64,000 bases of DNA from Eledone cirrhosa (GCA_964016885.1 OZ024748.1:40920001-40984000); one strand, 5' to 3'. Shown: positions 1-12,768, numbered from the stretch's first letter. The notes: generated from the sequence alone by a model not told the origin. Program-made: numbers and translations.

Positions 1-265
1 TAGAAATTTTTAATTTAATACCTGTATGTATAACTTTTCAATTCCAGTTACTTGCACCAAGGTAAATCTCATAGATTCGATATTATGTGAGATAATTATG
101 TGAGGTAAAGTATTTACTATGAAAATATAATCTTAAATATAAAGTAATGTAAATGTTAAAGGGTTAACCAAATAAACTATAGACAAGGGATTTGTTGGCG
201 CAGTTGGTGGAGATTTGATGTTTGTCTTCTTATTTCTCGGTCATATATATTTGTATATTATATGT

Positions 266-455
266 GGCGGTGGATTGGCAGTATCGGTAGAGGGTCGGAC
301 GCCATGCTTTCCAGCATAGTTACGTCCCTTTACGATCTGAGTTCAAATCCCGCCGAGGTTGACTTTGCCTTTCATCCTTACGGGGTCGATAAAATAAAGT
401 ACCAGTAATGCACTGGGTAATTGCTGGCCTTGTGCCTAAAGTAGAAACAATTATA
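266..455 (+). mobile_element. tRNA-derived SINE family 1 (Meta-domain-like core)
   Basis: A-box-like TGGCAGTATCGG, B-box GAGTTCAAATCCC, core GCCTTTCATCCTTACGGGGTCGATAAAATAAAGTACCAG, 3' end GTAGAAACAATTAT. About 14 copies in the window. Confidence 0.88.
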
Positions 456-594
456 TGTATCAGGTTCATTTCAATAATTAATTGTGTGTTTATATTAATA
501 ATAATAATAAATGTGAAGACTAAAATCCAAAGAGGGCTCGATAAGGATAAATATATATCAAATATATAAGAACCGTAGAGCAAATATTTATTAA

Positions 595-720
595 AATAAC
601 AGATTAAAGTTTAAGCAAAGAATCGCTGAATTCACCCTTAACAGGATCTTTTGAAACTGTTCAGAAGATCCCGTTAAGGGTGAAAGCAGCAATTCTTTGC
701 TTAAACTTTAATCTATTATT
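595..720. repeat. ~125-bp foldback palindrome (probable PLE terminus)
   Basis: AGATTAAAGTTTAAGCAAAGAAT...ATTCTTTGCTTAAACTTTAATCT; centre near 657. Confidence 0.85.
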
Positions 721-754
721 TTAATAAATATATATAAATATATTTATATATATA

Positions 755-907
755 CAGTGAAAATCCATTATAACGAAATTCAAGGGTATAAAAAAAAAAA
801 CTCGTTGTAACGAAAAATTCTTTATAACGAGATCTACCGAAGTAAATCGAGCGTTTGAAAAAAAATTTCGTTATACTGAATAATTCGTTATAACGGAATT
901 TTACCAG
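755..907. mobile_element. pogo/Tigger-like MITE
   Basis: TA-flanked, imperfect TIRs CAGTGAAAATCCATTATAACGA / TCGTTATAACGGAATTTTACCAG, with internal TATAACGA subrepeats. Confidence 0.7.
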
Positions 908-951
908 TATATATTTATGTAATTTTATATAAATATATATATATATATATA

Positions 952-1127
952 ACGAAGAAAGTGTGGTAAGCACCATAACGCACCAGAGTACTCAATACTT
1001 AGGGTAGTAGAGTGGGTAATAGGAAAATGTTCAAGACCCCGACGGCAGAGCTCAAGCCAGAAATAGCCGTCGAAACGGCTTGAGCTCTGCCGTCGGCGTC
1101 TTGAACATTTTCCTATTACCCACTCTA
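952..1127. mobile_element. Foldback element family E (related copies at 2495-2620, 43655-43720, 53421-53590)
   Basis: Inverted repeat 1008-1127. Shared GACCCCGACGGC.GAGCTC..GCCGTTTCGAC and GTGTGGTAAG..CCATAAC..ACCAGAGTACTCAATAC blocks; always microsatellite-flanked. Confidence 0.75.
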
Positions 1128-1147
1128 TTTTCCTATATATATATATA

Positions 1148-1400
1148 AATAGATATGTTTCTTTATTAGCCACAGAGGCACAAAAGAAGGGGACAAATAC
1201 AAAGGGGGAAATAGATAGATATGTTTCTTTATTAGCCACAGGGGCACAGAAGAAGGGGACAAATACAAAGGGGGAAATAGATAGATATGTTTCTTTATTA
1301 GCCACAGGGGCACAAAAGAAGGGGACAAATACAAAGGGGGAAGTTTACATACAATAAAAACATGTAAAATGTTATCACAAAAAGGGGGAAATAGATAGAT
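1148..1400 (-). mobile_element. Three tandem copies of the 3' tail of the Tx1/L1-group LINE
   Basis: ATAGATATGTTTCTTTATTAGCCACAGGGGCACAAAAGAAGGGGACAAATACAAAGGGGGAA x3, near-identical to 51460-51560. Confidence 0.85.
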
Positions 1401-1548
1401 AAATAGATAGATAGATAATTATATATATATATATATATATAATTTGTGTTTATATTTTCCTTTTGTAAGAAGAAGAATTGAGTTATGAAAGTAAAGTAAA
1501 TGAAAGAGATTTGAACATAAAAAAACTGGCGTGGTTATTTAATTTGAA

Positions 1549-1559
1549 AGTCATGTGAG
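1549..1559 (+). promoter_or_regulatory. Candidate M-box/CLEAR-like element (AGTCATGTGAG)
   Basis: TCATGTGA, a MiT/TFE-type E-box, about 190 nt upstream of the ATG of a lysosomal hydrolase, in the only non-repetitive upstream stretch. Confidence 0.45.
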
Positions 1560-1742
1560 ACGTAATTGATACTGAAGTTCAACTACTATTGTTTGTTACT
1601 GCGGGTCGGTGATTGCATTAGGAAGGAAGGAGGGTTGTTTGCTCGGAGCTAGTTATTGGTGATATATATATATATATAGATAGATAGATCACATCCGTCA
1701 GAGACTGAGCTCTCTCTTCACTCAGGCAGACACAAACAAAAC

Positions 1743-1854
1743 ATGTTGTCGATGTTTCTATTAACTCTATTGTTTTTCTTGTGTAAGACGGTGGTTGTTG
1801 GACAAATTGTGGTCAATTTGAATGGAGAGTGGACAATACAAGCGGAAGGCTACA
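1743..1854 (+). CDS. MANBA: MANBA exon 1 (signal peptide, MLSMFLLTLLFFLCKTVVVGQIVVNLNGEWTIQAEGY)
   Basis: ATG at 1743, hydrophobic leader, LNGEW motif typical of GH2 N-termini. Donor GTAAGT at 1855; phase 1 matches exon 2. Confidence 0.88.
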
Positions 1855-2013
1855 GTAAGTTTGTTTATCTATCTATTTATCTAGTGCAAGACGGAATGAC
1901 TGGTGCAAATGACGAAGAACCATTAGTTAACGAAAGGGGACACTTTCATAGTTCATAGTTAAGTTGTTAGCACTTCGGTATCGATTTCGCGCAACCATCT
2001 CTCTCTCTCTCCT

Positions 2014-2097
<84 letters not shown>

Positions 2098-2100
<3 letters not shown>

Positions 2101-2375
2101 GGAGGTGAGTTTTATTGTAGTACAATAAAGCAATGCAAATATCGGATAAGTAGCACTCTACAGTTTGTAGGACTGGAGTATAAATAATATATAAGATCAA
2201 AAGATGGTTAAAAGAGTTCCTAGTATTTTATTATGCGCATTCCAAAAACAAATATCATCATGAGATGATATCTGCGTTTTCATCAGATATCATCTCATGA
2301 TGATATTTTTTTTTTGAAATGCGCATAATAAAATACTTGGAACTCTTTTAACCATGTTTTGATCTTATATATTAT
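2098..2375. repeat. Foldback in (TA)n
   Basis: Arms about 2185-2274 and 2283-2375; GAAATGCGCATA half-core in the right arm. Confidence 0.85.
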
Positions 2376-2621
2376 ATATATATATATATTAAAATATTTG
2401 CTCTACGGTTCTTATATATTTGATATATATTTATCCTTATCGAGCCCTCTTTGGATTTTAATCTTCAAATTTATTATTATTACTATATATATATAGGAAA
2501 AGATTCAGGACCCCGACGGCTGAGCTCCAGCCGTTTCGACAGCTAGATCCGAACTCTACTCTCCTAGGTATCGAGTATTCTGGTGGGTTATGGTCATCCT
2601 GGGTTTTACCACACCCTATCT

Positions 2622-2718
2622 GATATATATATATATATATATATATAAAGATATATATATATATATATATATCTTTATATATATATATATATATAAAGAT
2701 ATATATATATATATATAT

Positions 2719-2758
<40 letters not shown>

Positions 2759-2778
2759 ATATATATATATATATATAT

Positions 2779-2874
<96 letters not shown>

Positions 2875-2960
2875 ATATATATATATATATATATAAAGAT
2901 ATATATATATATATATATATATATAAAGATATATATATATATATAAAGATATATATATAA

Positions 2961-3006
<46 letters not shown>

Positions 3007-3712
3007 ATATATATATATATATATATATATATAAAGATATATATATATATATAAAGATATATATATATCTTTATATATATATATATAAAGATATATATAT
3101 ATCTTTATATATATATATATAAAGATATATATATATATATAAAGATATATATATATCTTTATATATATATATATAAACATATATATATATATATCTTTAT
3201 ATATATATATATATATAAAAAGATATAGATATATATATATAAAGATATATATGGCTGTCACTGAAATATATATAGCAGTAATAAACGAAGCTAAATTTTA
3301 ATCATTTGACTTTTATTTAACTTTATTTTACACTACTCCGGAGTAACCAAACCAACCTGCGCACTTCGTCGAGTGCTCCAGCCTGCATACTGAGGTGTTG
3401 GTATACAACCAACATGAACTCAAAATCTATATAAAGACATATATATATATATATATGTCTTTATATATATACAGATATATATATATATAAAGATATATAT
3501 ATATATATAAAGATATATATATATAAAGATATATATATATATATATATATAAAGATATATATATATAAAGATATATATATATATAAAGATATATATATAT
3601 ATATATAAAGATATATATATATATATAAAGATATATATATATATATAAAGATATATATATATATATAAAGATATATATATATATATATATAAAGATATAT
3701 ATATATATATAA

Positions 3713-3752
<40 letters not shown>

Positions 3753-3770
3753 ATATATATATATATACAT
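2622..3770. repeat. (TA)n arrays punctuated by AAAG
   Basis: TATAAAGATATA units with variable TA spacers. Similar arrays at 6005-6525, 8855-10185, 10465-11260, 12155-14385 and 14620-15430. Confidence 0.95.
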
Positions 3771-4236
3771 GTAGAAGTTCTATTTAAATTGTTGGGATAC
3801 GACAAGCAAATAATTTTATAATTGATATAAAGCACTCAACAATTTATTGGAGTAAAAATACGATATATTAACAAATGGAAACTATATTTATAAAACCATA
3901 TTTATTTCATTATACACATTTCAAGGACACCAAATTAAATTATGGTGTGCTTTCATCAGATAAAATATAATATAGATCAGTTTTATAAATAAATATTGAC
4001 ATACCCTTAAAGAATGCGACCATTTCTGTTGGAAGCTCCCGGTTATTCTGTTGGAAGCTCCACTATCCAGGAGAATGGTCGCATTCTTTAAGCGTATGTC
4101 AATATTTATTTATAAAACTGATCTATATTATATTTTATCTGATGAAAGCACACCATAATTTAACTTGGTGTCCTTGAAATATGTATAATGAAACAAATAT
4201 GGTTTTATAAATATAGTTTCCATTTGTTAATATATC

Positions 4237-4240
<4 letters not shown>
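3771..4240. mobile_element. Foldback family B (also 10185-10465 and 33250-33617)
   Basis: Inverted repeat 3858-4240. Shared AACAAATGGAAACTATATTTATAAAACCATATTTATTTC; (TA)n on both sides. Confidence 0.85.
4133..4190 (+). ncRNA. Hammerhead-like motif (weak stem I)
   Basis: CTGATGA (4139), stem II AAG.ACACCA/TGGTGT.CTT, GAAA (4176), TATG, TA. Antisense copy at about 3908-3965. Confidence 0.45.
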
Positions 4241-4294
<54 letters not shown>

Positions 4295-4306
4295 GTAATA
4301 TAGATG

Positions 4307-4357
4307 AGATTCTACAGGACTAGAACTGTTTCATTCATTAGGAATCATCAGGAATCT
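4307..4357 (-). ncRNA. Type I hammerhead ribozyme
   Basis: Minus strand: AGATTC-CTGATGA-ttcctaatgaat-GAA-ACAG ttctagtc CTGT-A-GAATCT. Confidence 0.75.
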
Positions 4358-5095
4358 GGGTATCAAAAAATAAAAATGGTATTTATAGGTCTCTACAAGT
4401 GGTAGGAGAGGGTGGGGAGTGGGATGGGTGTAGGTCATTGGTTGATAGAAAAGGGAATTCATTAAAAGCTAATTCTACAAAGCTATAGTTTATTTTTATT
4501 TATTCATGTTTTTAGAGTAACAAGGGCAGACAGAATTCTATAAACAGGTTCCGGATGGCATACCATTCCTTGTCATTAAGTTTCTCTTAAGCTAACAGAT
4601 GTCTATAAAATCAGTGGGGGGTCAGTCATGGTCGATAGAATTAAAGAAAAGGGAGATTCTTTAAAAGCTAAAATCATTAAGGTTCTACTAAGTGACAAAG
4701 GTCTAGAGAATTCTGCAGACAGATTCAAAATACTGAGTGCATATCTTACTATTATCTTCGAACTTCTCTTAAACTAATCAACTATATGCCAACAATCAAC
4801 AGACACATTCACAAAAAAACAAAAAAACATACTCACTCACACACTTACGCGCAACCATAAACACACACACAAACACATATACACACATAAAAACATACAT
4901 ACATATATAAAAATATATTCATATACATACATATACATACACACATACACATACATACATATATATATATGTATGTATGTGTATGTGTATGTAAAGATAT
5001 ACACAGTGTGTATATATATATGTGTGTGTATATATATATATATACTTATATATATATATATATATTCATATACATACATATACATACACACATAC

Positions 5096-5146
<51 letters not shown>

Positions 5147-5233
5147 TATATATATATATATATACACACACACATATATATATACACATACACACAGTGT
5201 GTATATATATATGTGTGTGTGTATATATATATA

Positions 5234-5274
<41 letters not shown>

Positions 5275-5869
5275 ATGTATGTGTATGTGTATATGTATGT
5301 ATATGAATATATTTTTATATATATGTGTGTGTGTTTTTATGTGTGTATATGTGTTTGTGTGTGTGTTTATGGTTGCGCGTAAGTGTGTGAGTGAGTATGT
5401 TTTTTTGTTTTTTTGTGAATGTGTCTGTTGATTGTTGGCATATAGTTGATTAGTTTAAGAGAAGTTCGAAGATAATAGTAAGATATGCACTCAGTATTTT
5501 GAATCTGTCTGCAGAATTCTCTAGACCTTTGTCACTTAGTAGAACCTTAATGATTTTAGCTTTTAAAGAATCTCCCTTTTCTTTAATTCTATCGACCATG
5601 ACTGACCCCCCACTGATTTTATAGACATCTGTTAGCTTAAGAGAAACTTAATGACAAGGAATGGTATGCCATCCGGAACCTGTTTATAGAATTCTGTCTG
5701 CCCTTGTTACTCTAAAAACATGAATAAATAAAAATAAACTATAGCTTTGTAGAATTAGCTTTTAATGAATTCCCTTTTCTATCAACCAATGACCTACACC
5801 CATCCCACTCCCCACCCTCTCCTACCACTTGTAGAGACCTATAAATACCATTTTTATTTTTTGATACCC

Positions 5870-5920
5870 AGATTCCTGATGATTTCTAATGAATGAAACA
5901 GTTCTAGTCCTGTAGAATCT
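5870..5920 (+). ncRNA. Type I hammerhead ribozyme
   Basis: Stem I AGATTC/GAATCT, CTGATGA 5876-5882, stem II t-TTC taat GAA-t, GAA 5895, stem III ACAG/CTGT. Cleavage triplet GTA, cut after 5914. Confidence 0.8.
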
Positions 5921-6003
5921 CATCTATATTAAAACTTTTATACTCTGCTATGTATTGAGTACCTTACTTACTGTGGTTACCTCCGATTCAACCCGGAATA
6001 ACG

Positions 6004-6034
<31 letters not shown>

Positions 6035-6102
6035 GTATATATATATATATAAAGGTATATGTATATATATATATAAAGGTATATATATGTATATATATAT
6101 AT

Positions 6103-6146
<44 letters not shown>

Positions 6147-6170
6147 GTATATATATATATATATATATAT

Positions 6171-6274
<104 letters not shown>

Positions 6275-6524
6275 ATATATATATATAAAGATATATATAT
6301 ATATATAAAGATATATATATATATAAAGATATATATGTATATATATATAAAGATATATATATATATAAAGATATATATGTATATATATATAAAGATATAT
6401 ATATATATATATAAAGATATATATATACATAAAGATATATATATATATATATATATAAAGATATATATATATATAAAGATATATATATATATAAAGATAT
6501 ATATATATAAAGATATATATATAT

Positions 6525-8853
6525 CATCATCATCGTTTAACGTCCGTGTTCCATGCTTGCATGGGTTTGGACGGAGGGTTTTCCCACTTGAGGCAAGAGT
6601 GGTTATCTTGCTCACATAGGACTATCTGGCGGGTTTTCTACAGCTGGATGCCCTTCCTAACACCAACCACATTTACAATGTGGGGCTGGGAGGTTTTTAC
6701 CGTTTTGCCTACACGGCCACATTACAGCGTGAACTGTGTGTTTTTTTGACGTGACACCTACACGATCTCATTTGTTTCGGCCTGGATGTTGTGGCACCAA
6801 CATAACTTTACATTGAAAGGGGCGGTGTGGATGGGGTGAGGATGGTGGGACGGGGGTGTATTTTGTTAGAGATGCCTACTGACTGTAGTAGGTTTTACTT
6901 TGTATTTAGGTAAGGCGGGTCTTCTCTATTACTGAGTACCGCCAAAGGTCTCGGTCCAGTGACATTGTCTTGGTGAGGTGTAAGTGTGTGAGGTCGGAAT
7001 TTATCAGCTCGTCCCAGGTTTTTCTGGGTCTGCCTATTCCGTGGCTACCGTCTATCTTTATTGCCCTGCACTTTGTTATACAGCTATCGTCCTTCATGCG
7101 CATCACGTGACCATACCAACGTAGCCTTCTCTCGAGTAAACAACATCTGATCCCTCTTATTTCTAATTTTTTCCTTAGTTCGTTTATGCTTTGCCGTTCA
7201 CGTATATTACTATTACACATCCAGCGGAGCATGCAAGCTTCGTTTCTCTCTAGTCTGCGTATATCCTCTGCACACAATGCCCAGGTCTCACTGCCATGCA
7301 ACATTGCTGTTCGTATGCAGGCATCGTACAACCTGCCTTTCATTTTTAGGGAGAACCCTTTAGCGGCTAATAGTGGTATGAGCTCTCTGAACTTTTTCCA
7401 CCCAGTTCTGACTCTAGCTACTGTACTTTCAGAGCACCCTCCCCCACTGCTGATTTTGTCACCCAGGTAACGGAAGCTGTCCACTATTTCTATAGAACCC
7501 TCTGCACAGTTGAAAGAGCTAGTATTTTGGGGGCACTTGCTGCTACTTATTGCCCCAGAACACCGGCCACATGTAAAATCTATGTTCTTAGTTAGCTTAC
7601 CTGTGATCCCACTACATCTTTTATGCACCCAAACTTTGCATTTGGAACACAAAATGGAGTTTCTACCTACGCCTTTCCTACACTCTGAGCATGGCCACTT
7701 CCCGAAGGGGACCGCCGCCTTATTTTCTTTCTTACAAACTAGAACTTTAGTCTTAGCCAGGTTAATTTTAAGGCCTTTTGATTCTAGGCCGTGCTTCCAT
7801 GTTTGGAATTTCTTCTCTAGCTCGGCCATTGATTCAGCTATGAGCGTTAGATCATCTGCGTATAGGAGTTCCCATGGGCAGCCGGTCTTGAACTCCACTG
7901 TTATAGCCTGGACGGCAATAATAAATAGTAGGGGGCTAAGAACAGAGCCCTGATGAACACCAGCTTTTACACTAAACTCTTCACTATATTCGTTGTTAAT
8001 TCTAACCTTGCTGACTGTTTCTTTATACATGGCTTGTATAGCACTCACAAGCCATTCATCAACACCTAGTTTTCTAAGAGCCCACCAGATAATGGAACGG
8101 GGGACTCTGTCGAAGGCTTTCTCCAAGTCGACGAAAGCTAAGTATAGGGGTTTACTTTTAGCTAGGTACTTCTCCTGTAGTTGTCGTACAATGAAAAGAG
8201 CGTCTGTGGTACTTTTTCTTGACACAAACCCGAACTGCATTTCATCTAGATCAATTCGCTCTCTGATTAGTTGCGCTATTACTTTTTCCGTGACCTTCAT
8301 GACCTGGTCGATTAATTTAATGCCTCTATAGTTACTCCGATCTAGGGCATCTCCTTTACCCTTATGACAGTTAACGATGATGCTGCTACGCCAGTCCTTC
8401 GGAACAGCCCCATTCTGTATGACTTGGTTGACTATCCGGGTGACCATGGTGTGTCCCACCATACCAGATGCCTTCAGCATCTCGGCAACTATTTCCGAAG
8501 GCCCAGCCGCCTTACCCGTCTTCATATCTTTGATTGCCTTACTTATTATACTACCATCGACTAACACTGCTGGTCCCTCTATTGGGTCGATGTGGGGGAG
8601 ACTGTCTTTCTCCCATTTATTCTCCTCATTTAGTAGCCTTTCATAGTGACACTTCCAAGCTACCTTCTTATCAGCATTGGTGATGGCAAGTACGCCGTCA
8701 TCATTAAGTACACACTTCTCCCCGACAATATCACTGTTTTCCTTGACACATTGCCTAGCAATCCTGAAGACCTCACGCTTTTGGTTCTCGCGTTGTAGAA
8801 CATGCTTGAACTTTCTTTCCTCTGCTTCCCTTCTTGCGAAGTACACTTGTCTC
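6525..8853 (-). mobile_element. RTE-clade LINE, 5'-truncated, intact RT ORF 6906-8846
   Basis: [60 protein letters not shown]; 3' UTR ending in a (GAT)n tail. Confidence 0.95.
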
Positions 8854-9229
8854 CTATATATAAGATATATATATATATATAAGATATATATATATATATA
8901 AAGATATATATATATATAAAGAGAGATATATATATATATAAAGATATATATATATATAAAGATATATATATATATATAAAGATATATATATATATATAAA
9001 GAGATATATATATATATATATAAAGATATATATATATATATACAGATATATATATATATATATACAGATATATATATATATATACAGATATATATATATA
9101 TAAAGATATATATATATATATAAAGATATATATATATACAGATATATATATATATAAAGAGATATATATATATATATAAAGATATATATATATATATATA
9201 TATAAAGATATATATATATATATATATAA

Positions 9230-9267
<38 letters not shown>

Positions 9268-9837
9268 ATATATATATATATATATATATAAAGATATATA
9301 TATATATAAAGATATATATATAAAGATATATATATATATATAAAGATATATATATAAAGATATATATATATATAAAGATATATATATATATAAAGATATA
9401 TATATATATATAAAGATATATATATAAAGATATATATATATAAAGATATATATATTTAAAGATATATATATATATATAAAGATATATATATATATAAAGA
9501 TATATATATGTATATATAAAGAGATAGATATATATATATATATAAAGAGATATATATATATATAAAGATATATATATATATAAAGATATATATATATGTA
9601 AAGATATATATATATGTAAAGATATATATATATATAAAGATATATATATATATAAAGAGATATATATATATAAAGATATATATATATATAAAGATATATA
9701 TATATATATAAAGATATATATATATATACAGATATATATATATATAAAGATATATATATATATAAAGATATATATATATATAAAGATATATATATATATA
9801 AAGATATATATATATATAAAGATATATATATATATAA

Positions 9838-10007
<170 letters not shown>

Positions 10008-10184
10008 ATATATATATATATATATATAAAGATATATATATATATATATATAGATAAAGGTATATATATATATATACAAAGATAAAGATATATATATATA
10101 TATATACAAAGATAAAGATATATATATATATACAAAAATAAAGATATATATATATATACAAAGATAAAGATATATATATATGCA

Positions 10185-10462
10185 AAAGTTTTATTTAAGA
10201 TTGTTGGGTTACAACGAGTAAATATTTTATAACTGATATAAAAGCACTCAACAGTTTCTGGAGTAGGTTTACGATATTAAACAAATGGAAACTATATTTA
10301 TAAAACCATATTTATTTCGTTATATATATTTCAGGGATATCATATTAAAAATATCATATTAAAAATATTAAAGGCATACCATATTTTTAATATGATATCC
10401 CTGAAATATATATAACGAAATAAATATGGTTTTATAAATATAGTTTCCATTTGTTTAATATC

Positions 10463-10465
<3 letters not shown>
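10185..10465. mobile_element. Foldback family B copy
   Basis: Inverted repeat about 10271-10464, homologous to 3771-3925, embedded in (TA)n. Confidence 0.85.
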
Positions 10466-10529
<64 letters not shown>

Positions 10530-10655
10530 ATATATATATATATAAAGATATATATAAATAAAGATATATATATATATATATAAAGATATATATAAATAAA
10601 TATATATATATATATAAAGATATATATAAATAAATATATATATATATATATATAA

Positions 10656-10695
<40 letters not shown>

Positions 10696-11000
10696 ATAGA
10701 TATATATAAAGATATATATATAAAGATATATATATAAAGATATATATATATATATAAATAAAGATATATATATATATATATATAACGATATATATATATA
10801 TATATAAAGATATATATATATATATATAAAGATATATATATATATAAAGATATATATATATATATATATAAAGATATATATATATATATATATAAAGATA
10901 TATATATATAAAGATATGTAGAAACAATTATTATATATATATATATATATATATATAAAGATATATATATATATAGATAAAGATATATATATAGATAAAG

Positions 11001-11033
<33 letters not shown>

Positions 11034-11095
11034 TATAAAGATATATATATATATATATATATATATAAAGATATATATAGAGAGAGATAAAGATA

Positions 11096-11162
<67 letters not shown>

Positions 11163-11452
11163 ATATATATATAAAGATATATATAGAGAGAGATAAAGAT
11201 ATATATATATATATATATAAAGATATATATATATAAAGATATATATATATATATATATATATTTATTTAATACATTAACAGAGAAAGCTTAAAGCTTCAA
11301 ACTATACTCTGACTGGCTTCCATCTCACTCAACAAACATTAGGATATACCTTAGTATAATCCCAATTTTACGTTTGTGGTGCTAACTATATGTATTTTGC
11401 GGGTAGCCAGTTGTATTATTTTATATGAGACATAATTAAAATACATCTCCCT

Positions 11453-11486
<34 letters not shown>

Positions 11487-11775
11487 CTATATATATATAT
11501 ATATATATATAAAAATATATATATATATATAAAGATATATATATATATATATATAAAGATATATATATATATATATATTTCGTTTCTGAATTTTTTTAGC
11601 AAGATTCATTATCTGAAAACGTGTGTTGAAACCGATATTGTTATACTTTGGGAGGGTCATGTTGCTAATAAGAAACACACGCACCAGTTGCTTTCACTTT
11701 AATTTATTATAATAAATTTATAAATTTCCGGTTGGTTGGTTGGTTGGTTCCACAACCAGGTGGTTCTTTATATAT

Positions 11776-11819
11776 TGTCAAAGTTCTTTCGTCACACATT
11801 CTGTAACCTCTTCAGTGAC
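11776..11819 (-). ncRNA. Minimal type I hammerhead (antisense arm copy)
   Basis: Reverse complement of the 11953-11997 motif. Confidence 0.55.
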
Positions 11820-11952
11820 TGTGGGTTCTTTTCTTTGTTTTTTGAGCCTCTCCTTTGTTCTGTCCTATGCCATCTTGTTTTTGTGTGTCACAAAAACAAG
11901 ATGGCGTAGGACAGAACAAAGGAGAGGCACAAAAATAAAGAAAATAATCCCC

Positions 11953-11997
11953 TGTCACTGAAGAGGTTACAGAATGTGTGACGAAAGAACTTTGACA
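11953..11997 (+). ncRNA. Minimal type I hammerhead
   Basis: TGTCA-CTGAAGA-g GTTACA gaatg TGTGAC-GAA-A gaac T-T-TGACA. The very short stem III resembles the dimer-dependent minimal hammerheads of PLEs. Confidence 0.6.
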
Positions 11998-12241
11998 ATA
12001 TATGAACAATCGTCTGGTTGTGGAACCAACCAACCAACCGGGAATTTATAAATTCCTAAATTTATGAATTTATTATAATAAATTGAAGTGAATGCAACTG
12101 GTGCAATTGTTTCTTATTGGCAACATGACCCTCCCAAAGTATAAAAAAAAAAAATATATATATAAAGATATATATATATATATATATAAAGATATATATA
12201 TATATATATATAAAGATATATATATATATATATATATATAA

Positions 12242-12309
<68 letters not shown>

Positions 12310-12331
12310 ATATATATATATATATATATAA

Positions 12332-12427
<96 letters not shown>

Positions 12428-12445
12428 ATATATATATATATATAA

Positions 12446-12501
<56 letters not shown>

Positions 12502-12577
12502 ATATATATATATATATATATATATAAAGATATATATATATATATATATATATAAAGATATATATATATATATATAA

Positions 12578-12627
<50 letters not shown>

Positions 12628-12655
12628 ATATATATATATATATATATATATATAA

Positions 12656-12689
<34 letters not shown>

Positions 12690-12693
12690 ATAT

Positions 12694-12768
<75 letters not shown>

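Larger units (their letters stand above)
4291..6003. mobile_element. 1.7-kb foldback element (family A), probable inverted PLE pseudo-LTRs
   Basis: About 4298-4960 is the near-perfect reverse complement of about 5270-5930. The centre is microsatellite and both flanks are (TA)n. Confidence 0.9.
11579..12144. mobile_element. Foldback family C
   Basis: Arms about 11640-11884 and 11889-12144, (TA)n flanks, homologous to 33640-34035. Confidence 0.9.

Noticed and set aside
266-360. SINE heads as tRNA genes
   Set aside because: Only A/B boxes are retained, there is no full cloverleaf, and they are followed by SINE core and tail.
3385-3425. CTGAGG-TGTTGG..CCAACA-TGAAC hammerhead-like hairpin
   Set aside because: It lacks conserved core adenosines and has no stem I or III.
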